IMG/VR virus record: IMGVR_UViG_3300042898_006229
DNA: 64,000 nucleotides
From: an uncultured virus (IMG/VR IMGVR_UViG_3300042898_006229)
Taxonomy: Duplodnaviria > Heunggongvirae > Uroviricota > Caudoviricetes
Reading direction: 5' to 3' (one strand)
This document shows, one piece after another, positions 58,301 through 64,000 of this stretch; the stretch's first letter is position 1; the number at the start of each line of letters is the position of its first letter. The translations under genes were made by a program, and so were the position numbers. The notes below the pieces were generated by a model. It had not been told where the DNA came from. It ran no database searches and saw nothing but the letters and a program-made list of their open reading frames with translations.

Positions 58301-60064
58301 AATGTTGGAAATTCCGCAATTGGAAGACTTTATTTCAGCCAAGCAACATTGGGCTCGGCTGGTACTACTGTCATTCCTTCTATGGCATTTATTGGAACAA
58401 CAAACTCTCCAATAACATTGTCTGTACTTGCTGACAATTCACTTTCTTTTGATGGTAGTTCTGGGCAATTATTCTCAATAAACAACAATCTATCTTCTGG
58501 TTGGATATTTGCCGTAAATGATATATCTGGCCTACCTTTATTACGTGCTAATGCTGATGGCACTGTTGCAATGGGTGAGTTTGCTGGAAATGTTGGCATA
58601 GGACTTTCTAATCCATCTTACAAACTGCACGTTGTCGGTGATACTAATCTTTCATCTGGATATGTCTACAGAATCAACGGCACTCAAGTTCTTTCCTCAA
58701 CATCTTTAGGAACTGGAGTTACAAATTCTACCCTAACAGCAGTAGGAACAATTACTACTGGTACTTGGTCAGCAACTGCAATAACTGCATTCTATGGTGG
58801 AACAGGATACAATTCATACACAGTTGGGGATTTACTAGTTGGTGCTGGATCAACTTTATATAAATTGCCAATAGGAACAAATAATTTTGTTCTTACAGCA
58901 GACAATACTGCTCCTGGTGGTATAAAGTGGTCTGTTGCTGCATCTACTGGTGTAACAACAGTAAATTCTCTTACATCATCAATTCAGTATTTTGCTACTG
59001 GAACTTCTGGATCTGAATTCAATATATCTTCTTTAGGTTCCACCCATACATTTAATATTCCAATAGCTGGAACTGGTGCTACTGGTCTTGTTTCTACTTT
59101 AGCACAATCTTTTGCTGGTGTTAAAACTTTTACTAATGATTTAGTAGTTTCAAGTTCGACAGTTTCAACATCAACTTCAACTGGTGCATTAACTGTCACT
59201 GGTGGAGTTGGAATTGGTGGAAGTTTATTTACTGGAACATCAACTGCAGATAGTATTTCTGGTGTAGTTTTAAATAATGGTGTAATTTCTTCTGGTAGTT
59301 GGGCTGGAACATTAATAACTGCTCTTTATGGTGGAACGGGATATAACTCTTACACAAAGGGTGATTTATTAGTTGGTTCAGGAAGTACATTCATAAAACT
59401 TCCAGTGGGCATTAATAGTTATGTACTTGGCGCAGATTCTTCGAAGCCTTCAGGAGTTGGCTGGACTACAGTAACTCCATTAACTGTTTCTGATACTCCT
59501 CCAACAAGTCCAAAAAATGCAGATCTTTGGTTTAACTCTGTAGATGGCGGTTTACTTGTTTATTACACTGATGTAGATACTAATCAATGGGTTGAAATTG
59601 CTCTTGGTAGTGGAATTGATTTATCACAACCTGTTCATATTACTAACACAACAGCTTCTACATCAACTTCTACTGGCGCATTAATTGTTGATGGTGGAGT
59701 AGGTGTTGCAGGAACAGTTTATGCATCATCTTTTAGTATCAACGGAATTTATGATCAAATTTCATCTACGTTAGTTACATCTGCCACCACTGCAAATCAA
59801 GTTGCGTTGTCAATAGACGCATCATCATTTAGAACAGCAAAAATGGTTGTGCAAGTAACATCTGGTTCAAATTATCATTCACAAGAAATTTTGATGGTGC
59901 ACGATGATAGCCAAGTATATATGACTGAATATGCGATGGTCAATACTGGTGCAATTGGATCAACATTTGATGGAGATATTTCTGGTGGCAATATGAGATT
60001 TTTAGTAACACCAACAAATGCAGTAACAACTTATAAAATTGCTTGTTCTGTTATGAGGATTTAG
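52301..60064 (+). CDS. 2587-aa repetitive tail fibre-like protein
   Basis: N-terminal ALNFP.SP...Q.Y..NG..W.FDG..W. Duplicated modules such as VADKNIELG and STHTFNIP.AG.G.TGLVST.AQ.FAG.KTF. C-terminal helix/strand cap. Confidence 0.8.
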   Translation: MAALNFPPSPSTNQIYSANGKSWRFDGTSWKTFYILNVQGGGTGNTSYNLGDLLVGAGTSILTLPIGTNNYVLTVDTSTPTLLSWQSASGLSITNINGISSSRQYFTVGTSGTGFNISSSGSTHTFNIPIAGSGATGLVSTDAQTFAGEKTFTSAIIGDLTGTATTAGFALTANYSDQSGYGITSGLATTATYAHQAGYAITSGFATTSSYSYESGYGITSGFATTASYAYQSGYGITSGFATTASYSYESGYGITSGFATTASYAHQAGYAITSGSSNTSGFATTSGFATTASNFNISSALSGTFYPVLSNTSSSASGIGASVNGFFSFNASTGAFAATSINIFSGQSYSIDGNSVLSATSLGTGVTNSSLIALGTITSGVWAGTLITGFYGGTGYNSYTKGDILVGAGNTFIKLNVGTDNYVLTASSLSSTGLTWSPTAATGLTTLNGLSVGIQDLAFGYTGTVPGFSSSGSTHTLNIPLAGTGSTGLVSTQAQSFAGIKTFTNAVSITDNTGSGSYTAGALTVTGGVGIGGTLNVQGDLNVQGTFTTINSTTITVADKNIELGVVASPSDLTAEGGGITLRGATNKSINWYSGVGWSSSESFNLSSGNTYKIAGTTVLSNNTLGTGVIFSSIQTAGIITSGTWSATAISALYGGTGLVPSFTVGDILYANTSTTWGRLAANSNSGYLLASAGSGATPTYVNPATLSVGFASTATYAYQSGYAITSGLATTATYAHQSGYASTSGFATTASYAYQSGYGLTSGLATTANYAHQSGYAITSGSSSTSGFATTSGFATTASNLNVSNAASGIFFPVLSNTSSTTSGVGASVNGFFSFNAATGAFGATSVNILSGQSYSIGGNSVLSTTSLGTGVTNSSLTAIGTITTGVWAGSLITGFYGGTGYNSYTKGDILVGAGSTFIKLNVGSDNFVLTANSSSSTGLTWSPTAATGITTLNSLTATQQFFSTGTSGTGFNIASSGSTHTFNIPIAGTGATGLVSTLAQSFAGIKTFTSDVIVSSTTGSTAFNTGSLTVYGGLGVSGQLSFNQAALGYTGASNPSIAFIGSTTAAPITLTVLSDNSLLWEGTSGKLFGINNNLSSGWIFNVGDISGLPIIRANADGTIAMAEFAANVGIGLSNPSYKLHVAGDTNLSSTYVYRINGTQVLSASSLGTGVTNSSLTAVGTLSTGVWAATAITAFYGGTGYNSYTKGDILVGAGSTFIKLGVGTDSYVLTANSSSSTGLTWSPTAATGLTTLNGLNVGLQYFATGTSGTGFNISSSGSTHTFNIPIAGSGATGLISTLAQTIAGQKTFTSAIIGDLTGTATTASFASTANYAHQSGYAITSGFATTANYSYQSGYGITSGFATTASYAYQSGYAITSGSSAFATTATYSHQAGYAITSGFATTAGYAYQSGYGITSGFATTANYAYQSGYAITSGFAATSSYSYQSGYAITSGLASTATLALTVSSNNTIVNADYNIPFFSGTALSTNNSLYYNPSTGRFNAPIHTGSWAGNTITSFYGGTGFQTYSTGDLLVGAGATLSKLSVGTNNFILVADSAVPGGIKWANVSGFAITNINGLTASKQDLAFGYSGTVPAFSSSGSTHTLNIPIAGTGATGLVSTQAQSFAGIKTFTNAVSITDSTGSGSYTTGALVVTGGVGVGGTLNVQGDLNVQGTFTTINSTTITVADKNIELGVVASPSDLTAQGGGITLRGATDKSINWYSGVGWSSSESFNLASGNTFKINGTNVISSSSLGTGVTNSSLTAVGTITTGVWSATAVTALYGGTGLVPSFTVGDILYANTTSTWGRLTADSNSGYVLVSAGSGATPTYVAPSTLSVGFASTSSYSYQSGYAITAGLATTAAYSHQAGYAITSGLATTATYAHQSGYGITAGLATTATYAHQSGYAITSGFATTATNINVVSATTNTNHRVLFTPASGTASGAAVSTENTFVYNPFTDILSVSGLAVTGSTVSTSSTTGALVVTGGVGIGGTVYTATDLNVGNSAIGRLYFSQATLGSAGTTVIPSMAFIGTTNSPITLSVLADNSLSFDGSSGQLFSINNNLSSGWIFAVNDISGLPLLRANADGTVAMGEFAGNVGIGLSNPSYKLHVVGDTNLSSGYVYRINGTQVLSSTSLGTGVTNSTLTAVGTITTGTWSATAITAFYGGTGYNSYTVGDLLVGAGSTLYKLPIGTNNFVLTADNTAPGGIKWSVAASTGVTTVNSLTSSIQYFATGTSGSEFNISSLGSTHTFNIPIAGTGATGLVSTLAQSFAGVKTFTNDLVVSSSTVSTSTSTGALTVTGGVGIGGSLFTGTSTADSISGVVLNNGVISSGSWAGTLITALYGGTGYNSYTKGDLLVGSGSTFIKLPVGINSYVLGADSSKPSGVGWTTVTPLTVSDTPPTSPKNADLWFNSVDGGLLVYYTDVDTNQWVEIALGSGIDLSQPVHITNTTASTSTSTGALIVDGGVGVAGTVYASSFSINGIYDQISSTLVTSATTANQVALSIDASSFRTAKMVVQVTSGSNYHSQEILMVHDDSQVYMTEYAMVNTGAIGSTFDGDISGGNMRFLVTPTNAVTTYKIACSVMRI
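52800..53180 (+). repeat. 18-aa repeat array 1 (consensus SYAYQSGYGITSGFATTA)
   Basis: About 6 tandem units. Boundaries approximate. Confidence 0.9.
54430..54700 (+). repeat. 18-aa repeat array 2
   Basis: About 4 units. Boundaries approximate. Confidence 0.9.
56270..56690 (+). repeat. 18-aa repeat array 3
   Basis: About 7 units. Boundaries approximate. Confidence 0.9.
57815..58050 (+). repeat. 18-aa repeat array 4
   Basis: About 4 units. Boundaries approximate. Confidence 0.9.
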
Positions 60065-60066
60065 TA

Positions 60067-63000
60067 ATGGCAATAAAGCGAAGTTTTATATTATCAAGCG
60101 GAATTGGAGTAAGTGCTGATAATCTTTTTGTTGTCAATAATACAAATTCAGTGTCATCTACTACTGGATCTATTGTATTAAGTGGAGGAATTGGTATTGG
60201 TCAGTCTGCATCTATAAGTGGTAGATTACAGATGTTTAATGGAGCAAATTACACATCATTTGTTTCTTCTGCTACTGGTAATACAGTTTATACTTTACCA
60301 GCAACTAGTCCAGCTACAGGAAGTTCTGTTCTGCAATCAACTTCTGCTGGTGTAATGAGTTGGGTTCCGATGACAGCTACAAGTGGCTCCTCTGGATTAG
60401 CCACGACTGCTGAAAATATTAATACTGTTGCAGCATCTACCAACGCAAATCATCATATTTTGTTTTCTCCAGTAAATGGAGGTAGCGGTGTAGCTGTTTC
60501 TTCTGACGCAGGACTATTATTCAATCCAGCCTCAAACACACTTACAACTAACACGTTTTCTGCAGGTGTATCTGTAGCCACAGTTGCAGCAAGTGTGTCA
60601 GGTTCTACTGCTTCAACTACAACCACAACTGGTGCATTAGTAGTTACAGGTGGAGTTGGTATAGGTCAATCTGTTTCTGTTGGTGGCAGATTGCAAATGT
60701 TCAACGGTGCTAATTACACTGCTTTTGTTTCTTCCGCTTCAGGTAATACTGTCTATACTTTACCAGCCACATCGCCAGCCACAGGATCCTCAGTATTACA
60801 ATCAGATACATCAGGCGTTTTAGCTTGGGTTCCAATGACAGTTAGCAGTTCATCTGGTAATACTGCTCAAAATATTGTTGTAAATACTGCTGGAAACGCA
60901 AATGTTTTCCATCCAATTTTATTTACACCAGATTCATTATCTGCTGGATCTGCTGTTTCTAGTGATGGGACTATATCGTTCAATCCATCAACAGAAATAT
61001 TAAATGTATCTGGTTTGGCGATTACTTCTACAACAGCATCTACAAATTCTACTTCCGGCGCTTTGATAGTTACTGGTGGAGTGGGAATAGGCGGCAGTTT
61101 ATATGTCGCTGGTGATTTGACAATAAATGGCACAACAACCACTATTAATACAGTAACCTTGACCGTTGATGATAAAAATATTGAATTAGGTTCTGTTGTA
61201 ACTCCATCCGACGTTACTGCTGAAGGTGGCGGAATAACTCTTCGTGGTGCTACTGATAAATCTATAAACTGGTACACTGGTACAGGCTGGTCATCATCTG
61301 AATCTTGGAATTTAGCATCAGGTAATACATATAAAATAAACAATACCGCTGTTATTTCAAATTCATCTTTAGGAACAGGAGTAACAAATTCTAGTCTCAC
61401 AGCTTTAGGCACAATTACTACTGGTGTTTGGTCTGGAACTTCAATTACAGCCTTTTATGGTGGGACTGGTCTTCAAACTACATTTACAGTAGGTGATATA
61501 CTTTACGCAAACACTTCTTCTACTTGGGCAAGATTAACTGCAAATTCAAATTCAGGTTATGTTTTAACTTCAGCTGGATCTGGTGCCACTCCAACATATG
61601 TAGCTCAATCAACATTATCAGTAGGAAATGCAACTTCTTCTGGAATTGCTACAACTGCACAAAATATTAATGTAATTTCAGCATCTACAAATGCAAATCA
61701 CCCATTATTATTCACACCATCTTTTGGTTCTGCTTCTGGCTTAGCGGTATCTTCTAACACCACATTAGTATATAATCCATCTTCAGATATATTGAGCGTT
61801 TCTGGTGCTGCAATAACCTCAACTACGGCATCAAATACAGCTTCAACAGGCTCTTTAGTTGTAACAGGCGGAGTTGGTATCGGTCAATCTGTAAGTGTTG
61901 GTGGAAGGCTACAATTATTCAATAGCTCAAACTACACTGCATTTGTTTCTTCTGCCACTGGAAACACAGTTTATACATTACCAGCAACTTCACCAGCTAC
62001 AGGAAGTTCGGTATTGCAATCAACTTCTGCAGGTGTATTAAGCTGGGTTCCTATGACTGCTGGAGCTGCATCTGGAAACACTGCTCAAAATATAGTTGTA
62101 AATACTGCTGGAAATGCAAATGTTTTCCACTCAATTTTATTTACACCATCTTCATTATCTGCTGGATCTGCTGTTTCTAGCGACTCAACAATATCATTCA
62201 ATCCATCAACTGAAATATTGAATGTTTCTGGTTTAGCAATCACATCTGGTACTGCTTCTACAAATACAACTACTGGAGCATTAGTAGTAAGGGGTGGGCT
62301 TGGAGTTACTGGTCAATTATCATTTGCTCAAGCTTCATTTGGATTTACTGGTATTACTACAAATCCTATTATGTCATTTATTGGAGCAACATCTAGTTCG
62401 CCAATAACTCTTACTGTTCTCACTGACAATTCACTTAATTTTGAAGGCTCACAAGGCTCAGTATTTTCTATTGATAGTAATTTGTCTTCTGGTGAAATAT
62501 TCTCTGTAAGTGATATATCTGGTTTGCCAATTATTAGTGCTTCTGCTGGTCAAACTGTAAATATCAATGAGTTTGGTGGATATACACAAATTGGCAATGG
62601 CTCAATAAATTCATCATCAACAACTACTGGTTCATTAGTTGTTTCTGGCGGATTTGGACTCACTGGAAATGCAAATATTGGTGGAACTGTTAGAATCACA
62701 AATACTACCAACAGTTCTTCTACTACATCTGGTGCATTAGTTGTTAATGGTGGCGCAGGTATTACTGGAAATGCAAATATTGGTGGAACTGTTAGAATCA
62801 CTAATACCACTAATAGTTCTTCTATTACATCTGGCGCTTTGAGTGTAAATGGTGGTTTAGGTGTGACAGGTAATGCGTTTATTGGCGGAACAGTAAATGT
62901 AACTAATACCACAGCCGCTACAGGTGTTTCAACGGCAGCATTAGTCGTAAGCGGAGGATTGGGAGTTCAAGGCGATTTATTTGTTGCTGCAAATGCAAAT

Positions 63001-63978
63001 ACCAAATTAAGCATTATGCAGAGTTCTGGTGATGAAGGAGGAGAAATTTTCCTTAATAAGCCGGTTACTAACACTACAATAACTAATGGTGTAACAATTG
63101 ATGTCTTCCAAAATAGACTTAGAATATTTGAGCAAGGTGGCTCTGCAAGAGGTTTCTATTTAGATATCACTACTGGTGGCAATGGCGTTGCAACAAATAT
63201 TATGGGTGGATCCAGTTCAGGCACAGTAAATAGTGGAACTGCGACTTACGCTGCCTTTTATCCAGCCTCATCTAATGCCGTTAGTGAAAATGCTAATTTG
63301 CAGTTTACCGGCACCGGAATATCTATTGGTGGAAATATTGCCTCTACATCTACTACATCAGGATCTTTATGGGTATATGGTGGAGTAGGAATTGGTCAGT
63401 CAGTTTCAGTCGGTGGCAGATTACAAATGTTCAATGGTGCTAACTACACAGCTTTTGTTTCATCTGCTACAGGTAATACAGTATATACACTACCAGCAAC
63501 ATCTCCAGCTATAGGTACATCATACTTAACATCTAATAGTGCTGGTGTTATGAGTTGGACTGCACCGACTAAAACAAATTACGTCTTGAGCTTTGGTGCT
63601 GGCTTTACCCCAACAGCTAATAGTGCAGATAGCGTAAGTTTAAATATTCCATATACACCTGACGGGACATCTAAATATTATTTTGTAAAGAGAATTGAAT
63701 ATAGAAATGAAACTCTTTCTGGGGGAACTGGACTATCATTCTACTTGGAAAGACATACTTCAGGAAACGCATCTTGGACAACTACAAATACAATTACTGC
63801 TGGTTCTGGCGCATCATTTTTAGTAGGAGCAGCAGTTTATTCTTCATCATTCACAACAATTAGTTCTTCTGCTGGTGTTGCTGGATCTGTTGTATCTGGA
63901 GATTATGTAAGATTGTTCTTTACATCAGTTGGGTCTGCTGCAAATGTCAGTATTGCAATGACAATTGAAGAACAATAA
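60067..63978 (+). CDS. Repetitive tail fibre-like protein
   Basis: ATG 60067 follows the previous stop. Four copies of GRLQ.FN..NYT.FVSSA.GNTVYTLPATSPA, many S..TGAL.V.GG.G.G units, and one DKNIELG module. Confidence 0.8.
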   Translation: MAIKRSFILSSGIGVSADNLFVVNNTNSVSSTTGSIVLSGGIGIGQSASISGRLQMFNGANYTSFVSSATGNTVYTLPATSPATGSSVLQSTSAGVMSWVPMTATSGSSGLATTAENINTVAASTNANHHILFSPVNGGSGVAVSSDAGLLFNPASNTLTTNTFSAGVSVATVAASVSGSTASTTTTTGALVVTGGVGIGQSVSVGGRLQMFNGANYTAFVSSASGNTVYTLPATSPATGSSVLQSDTSGVLAWVPMTVSSSSGNTAQNIVVNTAGNANVFHPILFTPDSLSAGSAVSSDGTISFNPSTEILNVSGLAITSTTASTNSTSGALIVTGGVGIGGSLYVAGDLTINGTTTTINTVTLTVDDKNIELGSVVTPSDVTAEGGGITLRGATDKSINWYTGTGWSSSESWNLASGNTYKINNTAVISNSSLGTGVTNSSLTALGTITTGVWSGTSITAFYGGTGLQTTFTVGDILYANTSSTWARLTANSNSGYVLTSAGSGATPTYVAQSTLSVGNATSSGIATTAQNINVISASTNANHPLLFTPSFGSASGLAVSSNTTLVYNPSSDILSVSGAAITSTTASNTASTGSLVVTGGVGIGQSVSVGGRLQLFNSSNYTAFVSSATGNTVYTLPATSPATGSSVLQSTSAGVLSWVPMTAGAASGNTAQNIVVNTAGNANVFHSILFTPSSLSAGSAVSSDSTISFNPSTEILNVSGLAITSGTASTNTTTGALVVRGGLGVTGQLSFAQASFGFTGITTNPIMSFIGATSSSPITLTVLTDNSLNFEGSQGSVFSIDSNLSSGEIFSVSDISGLPIISASAGQTVNINEFGGYTQIGNGSINSSSTTTGSLVVSGGFGLTGNANIGGTVRITNTTNSSSTTSGALVVNGGAGITGNANIGGTVRITNTTNSSSITSGALSVNGGLGVTGNAFIGGTVNVTNTTAATGVSTAALVVSGGLGVQGDLFVAANANTKLSIMQSSGDEGGEIFLNKPVTNTTITNGVTIDVFQNRLRIFEQGGSARGFYLDITTGGNGVATNIMGGSSSGTVNSGTATYAAFYPASSNAVSENANLQFTGTGISIGGNIASTSTTSGSLWVYGGVGIGQSVSVGGRLQMFNGANYTAFVSSATGNTVYTLPATSPAIGTSYLTSNSAGVMSWTAPTKTNYVLSFGAGFTPTANSADSVSLNIPYTPDGTSKYYFVKRIEYRNETLSGGTGLSFYLERHTSGNASWTTTNTITAGSGASFLVGAAVYSSSFTTISSSAGVAGSVVSGDYVRLFFTSVGSAANVSIAMTIEEQ

Positions 63979-64000
63979 TTTAATTATTTTTTGCTATAAA

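Noticed and set aside
53900..61320. Near-identical fibre segments as DGR template/variable repeats
   Set aside because: Differences appear mostly synonymous and not adenine-specific, and no reverse transcriptase is seen in the window.
849..62912. Many short antisense or alternate-frame ORFs in the ORF track (e.g. 52842..53273, 60867..61412, 41381..41779)
   Set aside because: Shadows of long, codon-biased or repetitive real genes, with no RBS or motifs.

Overview
AT-rich, densely coding 64 kb segment read in standard genetic code 11. It is best interpreted as part of a large (jumbo/huge) tailed bacteriophage genome. It contains: (i) very large Ser/Thr/Gly-rich virion or fibre proteins (<2-9955, 28416-34241, 47293-63978) built from shared repeated modules; (ii) a protease/chaperone set (subtilisin S8, signal peptidase I, trypsin-like protease, DnaJ, DnaK, a second J-domain protein, ClpX); (iii) a bona fide gyrB-gyrA pair, an SF2 helicase, PIN-PhoH, MerC-like, DUF151 and macrodomain genes, and two cell-wall hydrolases; (iv) many small orphan proteins. 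The strongest candidate novelty is a short peptide tag (K/R-x-A/S-Q, often within L-x-K-x-A-x-x-L-D-x-x-G-x4-A-D-x-I) shared by about 9 otherwise unrelated proteins, which may be a capsid-targeting or maturation signal. Two candidate promoter classes, an unannotated hairpin-flanked 23-aa sORF, and modified DnaK, ClpX and GyrB are also noted. No CRISPR array, tRNA, rRNA, integrase or transposase was recognised. All family calls come from motif recognition by eye, not database searches.
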